Origin: an uncultured Candidatus Saccharibacteria bacterium | Lineage (GTDB): Bacteria > Patescibacteriota > Minisyncoccia > UBA6257 > 2-01-FULL-56-20 | Reading direction: 5' to 3' | Length of the DNA: 64,000 nucleotides | NCBI GenBank assembly: GCA_964416665.1 | Contig: CAYQFA010000001.1 | Coordinates: forward strand, 40,082-104,081 | Part shown: positions 20,112-27,614 of the stretch, one piece after another | Position numbering within the stretch: position 1 is the first letter of the stretch | How the letters are laid out: the number at the start of each line of letters is the position of its first letter | The notes under the pieces: model-generated | Database searches by the model: none | The model's input: only the letters and a program-made list of their open reading frames with translations | What the model was told of the DNA's origin: nothing | Translations under genes and position numbers: made by a program

Positions 20112-20717
20112 ATGGAAGACTTCATTAAAGATTTCGCGCGGAAGGTTGAGGATTGCCTGGAGAATCTTCCCGCCGAAGAGATCGCGAAAGCGATCAATAT
20201 CATTCAGGCTTGCTACGAGCGCGATGGGAGGATATATATCTTCGGCAACGGCGGCTCGCTCGCCATCGCCACCCACTGGGTGTCCGATATCAACAAGACC
20301 ATTTTCAGCCATCATCTTGACCATCCGGGTCGGCGATTCCAGGCAATCCGCCTGCCCTCCACAGAATCGGAGATCACCGCATGGGCGAATGATGTCGGTT
20401 ATGACATGGTCTTCGCCGGTCCGCTTAAGAACTATCTTCAGGAAACTGACGTCATCATTGCTATTTCGAGTTCGGGGAATTCCGAAAACATCGTAAAGGC
20501 GGCGCAGTTCGCCAAGGAGCAGAATGTTCCGATCATCGGCCTTTCGGGTTTCGACGGCGGCAAACTGAACGAGCTTTCCGACGCAAAGATATTGGTGAAA
20601 ACGGAAAAAGGGGAATATGAAGTGGTGGAAAGCGCGCACGGGACGATCATGCATCTCATCGTAAAATATTTCAAAAATTATTTCGATCATCTTGTCGAAC
20701 ACCGTGCCGCGAAGTAA
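20112..20717 (+). CDS. gmhA: phosphoheptose isomerase (SIS domain)
   Basis: RIYIFGNGGSLAIATHW…AISSSGNSENIV SIS motifs. The ATG at 20112 sits 8 nt after the hddA stop. Confidence 0.8.
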   Translation: MEDFIKDFARKVEDCLENLPAEEIAKAINIIQACYERDGRIYIFGNGGSLAIATHWVSDINKTIFSHHLDHPGRRFQAIRLPSTESEITAWANDVGYDMVFAGPLKNYLQETDVIIAISSSGNSENIVKAAQFAKEQNVPIIGLSGFDGGKLNELSDAKILVKTEKGEYEVVESAHGTIMHLIVKYFKNYFDHLVEHRAAK

Positions 20718-21282
20718 CCTCAAAAAAACGAGAGCTGTTTTTCTCGATCGCGACGGCGTGATCAACCGTGAGGTCGGCATTTTGAGCTCGGTACAACAGC
20801 TCACGATCCTTCCGAAGGCCGCCGCTGCGATAGCGGCCATCAACAAGCTGGGATTCCTTGTGGTGGTCGCCACCAATCAGCCCGTCATCGCGCGCGGACT
20901 GATCTCAGAGCCCGAGCTCGATGCGATCCACGCGGTCATGGTCAGCCGTCTTGCGCGTCACGGCGCGAAGATCGATGCCATTTATTATTGTCCGCACCAT
21001 CCCGATGCGAACCTCAAAAAATATCGCGTGCGGTGCCGGTGCCGTAAGCCCAACATCGGTCTCATCATGCGGGCGGTAAAGGAGCACGGCATCGCGCTCG
21101 ATAAAAGCTTTCTCATCGGCGACCGGACGGTGGACATCGTGGCGGGCAAGAAAGCCCGCGTTCGTACCATTCTCGTGAGAACCGGTTTCGGCGGGAAGGA
21201 TGGGAAGTTCGATGTCGCTCCTGATTTCACTGCAAAAGATCTTGGTGCTGCCGTAAGAATAATAAAAAAATATGCAAAATAA
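20692..21282 (+). CDS. gmhB: D,D-heptose 1,7-bisphosphate phosphatase (HAD family)
   Basis: HAD motif I FLDRDGVIN plus the CxHx…CxC zinc site (YYCPHHP…CRCRKP) typical of GmhB. Confidence 0.75.
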   Translation: MSNTVPRSNLKKTRAVFLDRDGVINREVGILSSVQQLTILPKAAAAIAAINKLGFLVVVATNQPVIARGLISEPELDAIHAVMVSRLARHGAKIDAIYYCPHHPDANLKKYRVRCRCRKPNIGLIMRAVKEHGIALDKSFLIGDRTVDIVAGKKARVRTILVRTGFGGKDGKFDVAPDFTAKDLGAAVRIIKKYAK

Positions 21283-22015
21283 GATCACGCAGGCCGTCAT
21301 TTTGGCAGCCGGTCTCGGCACGCGTCTGCGGCCGCTTACCGACACCGTGCCGAAGGTGATGGTCCCTATCGCGCCGGGCAAACCGCTTCTTGAGCATATC
21401 GTCGAGCTTCTGCGTGGCCAGGGCATCACGGACTTTATTGTCAATGTCCATTATCTGCCGGAAGTGATCACTTCGTATTTTGGCGACGGAACAAAATGGG
21501 GCGTGCGCATTCGCTACAGTGATGAGCGCGATCGACCGCTTGAGACCGCAGGTGCGATGAAAAAAATGGAGTCGATGCTGGACGATAATTTCCTTTTTCT
21601 CTACGGCGATACGCTTCATTTTCTCGATTTCGAACCGCTCATTGAGGAGCATATGGAACACGGCGCCATTGGAACGCTTGTTCTCAAGAGATCCGATTAT
21701 CCGAAGGACGGCGATATCGGCGAGTTCGATGTAGCGACCAAAAAGATCATCCGATGGCACACGCGCCCGCACGACATCACCGTGCTCGGTCCGAACATGC
21801 TGGTGAATGCCGGTCTCTACGCATTTTCAAAAAAAATAGCCGATTATATTCCTTCCGGCGTCCCCGTGAAGCTTGATGGCGAGGTCATTCCCAAGGCGAT
21901 GGCGGCCGGCGAGCCGCTCTACGCCTATCCTACCGACGAGATCATCTGGGATATCGGCAGACCGGAAAAATATGAAAAGGCGAAAGAGTATTACGCGAGC
22001 CGGATGAAAAACTAA
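21272..22015 (+). CDS. hddC: D-glycero-alpha-D-manno-heptose 1-phosphate guanylyltransferase
   Basis: Nucleotidyltransferase N-terminus AVILAAGLGTRLRPLT. Sits in the hddA-gmhA-gmhB context. Confidence 0.65.
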   Translation: MQNKITQAVILAAGLGTRLRPLTDTVPKVMVPIAPGKPLLEHIVELLRGQGITDFIVNVHYLPEVITSYFGDGTKWGVRIRYSDERDRPLETAGAMKKMESMLDDNFLFLYGDTLHFLDFEPLIEEHMEHGAIGTLVLKRSDYPKDGDIGEFDVATKKIIRWHTRPHDITVLGPNMLVNAGLYAFSKKIADYIPSGVPVKLDGEVIPKAMAAGEPLYAYPTDEIIWDIGRPEKYEKAKEYYASRMKN

Positions 22016-22062
22016 AACCCGCACCATGGTTGTGGCGCGGGGCTGTCTTTCTTTGCCGCTTT
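22016..22062. terminator. bidirectional intrinsic terminator between convergent hddC and the P-loop kinase gene
   Basis: Hairpin CCCGC-A-CCA[TGGTTG]TGG-C-GCGGG, flanked by an A-run on the 5' side and a T-rich tract on the 3' side. Confidence 0.45.
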
Positions 22063-22066
22063 TCGG

Positions 22067-22633
22067 CTAGGAAAGGATGTATTTGATTGCCTCATCAACG
22101 CAGTTTTCGACCGTGTTCGGTGGGGAGGTGTCGAGCGTGAGATGTTCAACGGGCGGTATCTCGAAGCGGGCTTTCACTTCGTGGTAGCGTTCAAGCGAAT
22201 TGACACTTGACCAGCAGTTTACGCCGAATTGTCGGCTCGCGAGACGGCGAGCGATCTCCTCGTCGCTGTCGTTCTCCGGCTTGCACCAGATCACTCGTAG
22301 GTTCGGAGAGAGCCTGGCGGCAATGAGTATCTCCAGGAAGTTGTCCCAGTAGCTTGTTCGGGAGAATGTTGCCGTCACAATGAGCCTCCGGCCCATCGCC
22401 ATATTTGCGGTGATGGAGGAATAGAAAAGGTCGTAAGCGCCTTTCATTTCCCTGCGATCCTTTTCCATCTCCTGTTGTGAGACGGGGTGAGGGTTGGGCG
22501 TGCCAAAATTCAATACTCGCACGGCGTCGATATCCAACCAATGGATGTTGAGCTGCTTTGCGATCGCCGCCGCGAGAGTGTCTTTACCTGCGACAGCCCA
22601 CCCACAAAGTACGATCAATTCGCCGTCGTTCAT
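22067..22633 (-). CDS. P-loop NTPase / small-molecule kinase (AAA_33-like; weak adenylylsulfate-kinase-like motifs)
   Basis: Start MNDGELIVLCGWAVAGKDTL (Walker A), followed by LDIDAVRVLNF, which resembles the APS-kinase LDGDNVRHGLN. The ATG overlaps the upstream stop in an ATGA arrangement. Confidence 0.45.
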   Translation of the reverse strand: MNDGELIVLCGWAVAGKDTLAAAIAKQLNIHWLDIDAVRVLNFGTPNPHPVSQQEMEKDRREMKGAYDLFYSSITANMAMGRRLIVTATFSRTSYWDNFLEILIAARLSPNLRVIWCKPENDSDEEIARRLASRQFGVNCWSSVNSLERYHEVKARFEIPPVEHLTLDTSPPNTVENCVDEAIKYILS

Positions 22634-23445
22634 ATTACACTTCCTTTCAGGAGTTTCAGGATAGCCCTTTGGTCGGTTCCGTTTCCCGAAGCAACGATGT
22701 TCCGGGAATTTTCGAAGGTCGGCCAGTCGCCATTCCAGTCGGTGACGATCCCTCCCGCTTCTTGAGCAAAGATGATCGCCGGAAGGTTGTCCCACGGGGC
22801 GTTGTCCACCGACACCAGGGCACCTACATGACCTTGCGCCAGGGCGGTTGCCGCGACACAACTCGAAAAGCTTGGTCGTACAGTAAGAGTTTTTCCAAGC
22901 TCGGATACCTGCGGCGATTTGAAGAACTTCTTCGATGAGCCCTCAAGCATCACGGTCAGCCGTTCGAGTTGGCCTTCGCGCGCCACGTGGAGTTGATGAT
23001 ACAATTGGTGTTCCTCGCACCATTGCCAGGCTCCTCGTCCGTTCTCCGCGTAGAAAAACCCATTTCCGCGGAGCGTTTGGTCGACGGGCCTGAAGATTGC
23101 GGCATAGAGCACGTCATCTCCTTGCCTTCTCGAGATAGCGGCGCCATAAGAGTTGAGTCCCATGCGTCGGTTTCCCGTTCCATCGAGTCCGTCGAGATAC
23201 CATTCCGGGCGTTCGCCGTGGTTCTCATCCTTGATGTTGTCTTCCTCACCGACGGTGCTGTCGGCAGGGAAATAGTTGTGAACTACTTCACGCAGTTTTG
23301 CGAGCGCCAAGTGGTCAAGGCTTCCGACGGGAGTTCCGTCGCCCTTGATCTTGTCGCCTAACTGCTCATGTGCTGTGCCGATGTAATTCGGGAGAAGGCT
23401 GAGGAACAGCCCTCGCAGCGCCGTAGTGAATGCTTCATAGCCCAT
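22630..23445 (-). CDS. inositol-monophosphatase / CysQ-family phosphatase
   Basis: IMPase-family motifs WYLDGLDGT and WDNLPAIIFAQEAGGIVTD. The ATG at 23445 (MGYEAF…) is preceded by a strong SD, GAAGGAGG, 8 nt upstream. The longer track ORF starting at 23517 lacks an SD. Confidence 0.6.
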   Translation of the reverse strand: MGYEAFTTALRGLFLSLLPNYIGTAHEQLGDKIKGDGTPVGSLDHLALAKLREVVHNYFPADSTVGEEDNIKDENHGERPEWYLDGLDGTGNRRMGLNSYGAAISRRQGDDVLYAAIFRPVDQTLRGNGFFYAENGRGAWQWCEEHQLYHQLHVAREGQLERLTVMLEGSSKKFFKSPQVSELGKTLTVRPSFSSCVAATALAQGHVGALVSVDNAPWDNLPAIIFAQEAGGIVTDWNGDWPTFENSRNIVASGNGTDQRAILKLLKGSVI

Positions 23446-23533
23446 CGCGGGCCTCCTTCTTTCTTTTCCGAAATCTCTCAGACCAAAATTTGTGAAGGTC
23501 TGGGCATATAATAACACATATCTAGCACTAAAG

Positions 23534-23706
23534 TCAACTCACACGCCATCCCGCAGCTTGGTAGAATTTCTTATGTTTTAGTTGGTATGGGCTGCTCTCA
23601 GGAATCGATTTAATGACCTCTTCCAGAAGAGGCTCTTTGAGCATCTTCAAGGCGGCAAAATATACCAGTGCGCCGAGCGCAATGTATGGGTATATAATGG
23701 GTGCTT
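23534..23706 (-). pseudogene. 3'-terminal remnant of a Wzx-type flippase gene (about 57 codons, no start codon)
   Basis: The in-frame peptide …IYPYIALGALVYFAALKMLKEPLLEEVIKSIP…* matches the C-terminus of the intact wzx (…VIYFLILKILKEPLLEEVFSLIP…). Over the core, 26 of 29 nt are identical (23615-23643 vs 24630-24658). Confidence 0.5.
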
Positions 23707-23773
23707 CTATTGAAGGGATAGTTCGGTTATAATGAGGTCAGGAGCTATGAGATGGTGACCCCTTGAATCAGGC

Positions 23774-23796
23774 CAGCGGTCCGCTGCCTCTTTTTT
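23774..23796 (+). terminator. intrinsic terminator / attenuator-like hairpin immediately upstream of the FkbM gene
   Basis: CAGCG-GTC-CGCTG followed by CCTCTTTTTT. It is preceded by a TATAAT box (23728-23733) and two 3-4 codon mini-ORFs. Confidence 0.35.
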
Positions 23797-23817
23797 ATGG
23801 GGTTCTTATAAAAATCA

Positions 23818-24585
23818 ATGGAAAAGATTTTCAAGCAATTTCAAGGGTTGAGACAATACGGGTTGAAATACACCCCATTTATTCTTGCTCGCCTCGGCCT
23901 TAAAAGATCCGGCGAGATCACGGTAAAATTTTTCTGGGGTAAGACAGTGAAGCTGCCGTTCAACGCCGTAACGACGGAGCTGTATTATTTGCAAGCCGTG
24001 CCGGAGCCCAGGCTGATAGATTTCCTATCGAAGACATTAAAGGAAGGTGATGTCTTTTATGATATCGGAGCGAATTATGGCTTTTATTCTTTCCTCGCTA
24101 GTCATTTGCGCGCGAAGGTATTCCTCTTTGAACCTATAGCGGAAAATTGTAAGGCTATCAGAAAAAATATCTCTCCTGCGGAAGATATTTCCGTGAATGA
24201 GGTGGCCGTTGGGGAGGTTGCGAATGAACAGATCCCGTTTTATGAGGCGACGATACGAAATTCACAGAGTAGCGCCGACTCAAAGGCGGTCGAGGGAGTC
24301 AAAACCAGAAAGGTTTTGGCCAAAACGGAGTCCATTGATAACTTTGTGCTTACCCATCCAAAACCCACAGTTCTTAAAATAGATGTTGAAGGCTTTGAAG
24401 AGAAAGTCATAAAAGGGGGATCCACTTTTTTCCGCGATAACTTCCCCGTGATTATCATGGAGGCGTGGGGTGGAGAGAAGGGAGAACAATTTGCGCCGCC
24501 AGCGATAACATATCTCAATTCGCTCGGTTACAAAATTCGAGAGAATCTCGATGGCAACAATGTGTTCAGAAAAGTGAGCGCGTAA
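23818..24585 (+). CDS. FkbM-family SAM-dependent methyltransferase (second copy)
   Basis: FYDIGANYGFYS…LFEP…LKIDVEGFEE FkbM signature. Own -10-like TATAAA box 5 nt before the ATG. Confidence 0.65.
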   Translation: MEKIFKQFQGLRQYGLKYTPFILARLGLKRSGEITVKFFWGKTVKLPFNAVTTELYYLQAVPEPRLIDFLSKTLKEGDVFYDIGANYGFYSFLASHLRAKVFLFEPIAENCKAIRKNISPAEDISVNEVAVGEVANEQIPFYEATIRNSQSSADSKAVEGVKTRKVLAKTESIDNFVLTHPKPTVLKIDVEGFEEKVIKGGSTFFRDNFPVIIMEAWGGEKGEQFAPPAITYLNSLGYKIRENLDGNNVFRKVSA

Positions 24586-24591
24586 ATCGCT

Positions 24592-26067
24592 CTATCCAAC
24601 CAATGGGTTCTTCCGTGGGATCAAACTGAAAACCTCTTCCAAAAGAGGCTCTTTAAGGATTTTTAATATTAGGAAATAGATGACGCAGCTAATGGATATA
24701 TTGACGATGACGTTGATGTGGAGAAAAAGGAAAATCGTTGTGAAAATCCCCATAACAACGCTCGCGAGAGCTATGTTTTTAAGCCGTGTTATTACGGTGA
24801 ATCTATTTATTTTTTTCATAGCCCACCACAGGTAGCCGTTATTTACGGCCTGGGCGATGAGCGTGGCCACCGCCGAACCGGCGATGCCGAAGAACGGAAT
24901 CAGGGCAAGATCGAGGCCGACGTTCACTATGCCGCCGAGCGTGGAAGAAACAATGAGGCTCTTTTGGTGGTCATAGGCGAAGAGCGCGTTGATGATGATG
25001 GATGCGGGAAAGTCGAAGATGAGCGTCGCCGCGAGGATTTTGAAAGCGAGGCCTCCCGCTGCGTAGGGCGCGCCGAATACGAAGCCCATGATTTGCGTAC
25101 CAAGTACGACCCCGCCGATAGACAGCGGGAAGGAAGCAAGGAATACCATGCCGAGCGTGCGTTCGAAAGTGCTGCGAAATCGCTCGTTGTCGTGCTTCGC
25201 AAGGCGTGAAATGAGCGGGAGGGTGGCGAATTGTATGATGCTTGGTACAAGATAGAACATCTGGATGATGCGGATGGCTGCGGAATAGACGCCGACATCT
25301 GAGGCCGATCGCATCCAGCTGATGATGAGGATATCGCTGTTTGTAAAGAGCAGGCCGAGCGCGCCACTGATTGCAAATGGCCATGCTGCCCTAAGGATCG
25401 GCATGATACGCTCCGGCTCGAAACCCGAGAATATTTTTTTGAAGTAACCACGCAAGGCTATCACTGAAGCCGCAGTGCCGACGGCGTCGCCGGCAACATA
25501 ACCCCAACTGAATGCCTGTACGTTCGCTGCATAGGCGAGGAAGATGAAGCCGAACACGACGATGCCGAGGTTGGTGAGAAGGAACAACCCCGCCTCCCAC
25601 TCCATCTTTTCCATGGCGCGGAAGAGCGACAAAAAGAATTCACGCATAGTATCGAAAGCGAGCACAAGAGCGACAATAGGAATCAGAACCTTGGCTCCCG
25701 GGAGTGTGGTGAAAAGAGGGGCGACAAACAGGATGCCCATGACGCCGACGAGTAAAAGCACGATCTTTATCGCGAACATCGTCCCGAACATCGCGCGGCG
25801 TTCCTTTTCATCAACCTTCCCCGCATCGCGGATAAGGATGCCATTGATGCCAGGATCCATAAGAAGTGTGAGGAACCCGGCGAGTGTGATGACGTAGGAA
25901 AAGACGCCGTAGCCGTCGGTGCCCAAGATACGCGCGGCATAGATGATGATGACCGCCTTAATGAGTCGCCCGCCGAAATTCGACACCGAGAGCCAGAACG
26001 TATTTTTTACCACGGTCTGTTTGGCGCTTGTGTTCTTAAAAAGGAAGGCTTTTATTTTTTTGAACAT
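24592..26067 (-). CDS. wzx: oligosaccharide flippase (Wzx, MOP superfamily)
   Basis: About 12-14 TM helices with polysaccharide-biosynthesis-protein family character. ATG at 26067 (MFKKIKAFLF…); the track ORF starts at a GTG at 26130. Confidence 0.7.
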   Translation of the reverse strand: MFKKIKAFLFKNTSAKQTVVKNTFWLSVSNFGGRLIKAVIIIYAARILGTDGYGVFSYVITLAGFLTLLMDPGINGILIRDAGKVDEKERRAMFGTMFAIKIVLLLVGVMGILFVAPLFTTLPGAKVLIPIVALVLAFDTMREFFLSLFRAMEKMEWEAGLFLLTNLGIVVFGFIFLAYAANVQAFSWGYVAGDAVGTAASVIALRGYFKKIFSGFEPERIMPILRAAWPFAISGALGLLFTNSDILIISWMRSASDVGVYSAAIRIIQMFYLVPSIIQFATLPLISRLAKHDNERFRSTFERTLGMVFLASFPLSIGGVVLGTQIMGFVFGAPYAAGGLAFKILAATLIFDFPASIIINALFAYDHQKSLIVSSTLGGIVNVGLDLALIPFFGIAGSAVATLIAQAVNNGYLWWAMKKINRFTVITRLKNIALASVVMGIFTTIFLFLHINVIVNISISCVIYFLILKILKEPLLEEVFSLIPRKNPLVG

Positions 26068-26123
26068 TGAGGTTATACTTGACTCATACAGGATAGCCGA
26101 AAAAACGGCTTCCGTAAATTGAT

Positions 26124-26627
26124 ATGACACCCAAAAAGAAATTGGCGAGGCGCGTTAAAAAAGATCCCAAAAAAGTCGTGGTTGCGGTCTCCGGCGGATT
26201 CGATCCGATCCACATCGGCCATGTGCGGATGTTCGAGCGGGCCAGATCGCTCGGCGATGAGCTGGTCGTGATTTTGAATAATGACAATTGGCTCAAAAAG
26301 AAAAAAGGGTATGTGTTCATGCCGGAGCGGGAGCGGAAGGAGGTGATCGAAGGGCTCCGCGCGGTGGACCGTGTGGTCGTCACCAAGCATAAGCCGGACG
26401 ACAACGATGTAAGTGTGTGCCGTGAACTTCGCGCGATCAAGCCCGACGTCTTCGCTAATGGCGGCGACAGGAAATTCGATAATACCCCCGAGGTCGCCGT
26501 CTGTGATGCCATTGGATGCGCGATGGTGTTCAATGTCGGCAAGGGCGGGAAGATACAATCCAGTTCATGGCTGCTGAAGAACCACGCCAATCACATTGCC
26601 GGAAAGAGCGGAAAGAAAGCGCAGTGA
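26124..26627 (+). CDS. cytidylyl/adenylyl-transferase-like nucleotidyltransferase (RfaE domain II / TagD-like HxGH fold)
   Basis: VVAVSGGFDPIHIGHVRMFERARSLGDELVVILNND…ERKEVIEGLRAVDRVV matches the (H/T)xGH cytidylyltransferase core of the HldE C-terminal domain. Confidence 0.55.
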   Translation: MTPKKKLARRVKKDPKKVVVAVSGGFDPIHIGHVRMFERARSLGDELVVILNNDNWLKKKKGYVFMPERERKEVIEGLRAVDRVVVTKHKPDDNDVSVCRELRAIKPDVFANGGDRKFDNTPEVAVCDAIGCAMVFNVGKGGKIQSSSWLLKNHANHIAGKSGKKAQ

Positions 26628-26636
26628 TAGAACGGG

Positions 26637-27563
26637 TCAGACTTTAATCGTCTCAAGCGTTTTCCGGATACCTTCCCTCAATTTTATCGTCGGCGTCCAC
26701 CCAAGAACTTTTTTCGCCTTGCCTGCCTTGATGGATATCTGATAGACCTCTCCTTTTCGATACGCCGCAAAGACGGGTTTTTCGGGATAGCCGGTGCTTG
26801 CGGCAATCTCATCGAATATCATCCTATCGGTGACCGTCTTGCCCCAGCCGAGGTTGACGATATCATTACGGCCCTTCTTGAGCGCAAGGACGTTCGCGTG
26901 CACCACATCGTGGACGAAGGTGTAATCGCGTGCTTTCGTACCATCGCCAAAAATGGTGGGCCGTTTTCCGGATTTCATGAGGCCGCCAAAGATGGCGACC
27001 ACGCCGGCCTCGCCTTTCGGATTTTGGCGTGGGCCATAGACGTTCGGATAACGGAAAATGAGGTAGGTAAAGCCGTACTGGCGGGCGTAGAAGGTGATCA
27101 CTTCCTCGCCGAGCAGTTTGGAAAGTCCATAGGGGGAAAGCGGGGCTGCGGTGGTGGATTCGTCGGCGGGGATCTTTTTGGGTTCGCCATAGATCGCGCC
27201 GCCCGTGGAAGAGAATATGAATTTCCTGTTCTTTCCCTTCCCGTGATGTCCGAATGCGAGCAGTACGTTCGTTGTACCGAGCACATTCACCTGGAGGGTC
27301 GGTATGGGGTCGCGCAGCGATTTGACCACTTCCGCGATTGCCGCATGGTGGTTCACGACCTCAGGCCTTTCCTTTTTGAATATCCTTTCCATCGCCGCCG
27401 CATCGCGGATATCGGCTTTGTAGAACGTCGCTTTCGGGTTGACGTTCTTTCTGAACCCGGTGGAAAGGTCGTCAATGACCGCCACGCGATGACCGGCTTT
27501 TATATAAGCGTCAACGATGTGCGACGCGATGAACCCCGCTCCGCCCGTAACGATGATTTTCAT
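26637..27563 (-). CDS. UDP-glucose 4-epimerase family NAD-dependent epimerase
   Basis: MKIIVTGGAGFIASHIVD…YGLSKLLGE (YxxxK) SDR epimerase motifs. Confidence 0.7.
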   Translation of the reverse strand: MKIIVTGGAGFIASHIVDAYIKAGHRVAVIDDLSTGFRKNVNPKATFYKADIRDAAAMERIFKKERPEVVNHHAAIAEVVKSLRDPIPTLQVNVLGTTNVLLAFGHHGKGKNRKFIFSSTGGAIYGEPKKIPADESTTAAPLSPYGLSKLLGEEVITFYARQYGFTYLIFRYPNVYGPRQNPKGEAGVVAIFGGLMKSGKRPTIFGDGTKARDYTFVHDVVHANVLALKKGRNDIVNLGWGKTVTDRMIFDEIAASTGYPEKPVFAAYRKGEVYQISIKAGKAKKVLGWTPTIKLREGIRKTLETIKV

Positions 27564-27614
27564 AGTGCCTTTATTATAGCAAAAAGCCGGATCATGTGAA
27601 TCCAGAGCCTCCTG

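Noticed and set aside
20049-20876. 275-aa ORF on the - strand
   Set aside because: Antisense to gmhA/gmhB, which have clear SIS and HAD motifs.
23615-24658. CCTCTTCCAGAAGAGG palindrome as a dispersed repeat or terminator
   Set aside because: It occurs only within the wzx C-terminal coding sequence and its fossil copy, where it encodes EPLLEE. It is explained by gene-fragment duplication rather than an independent element.
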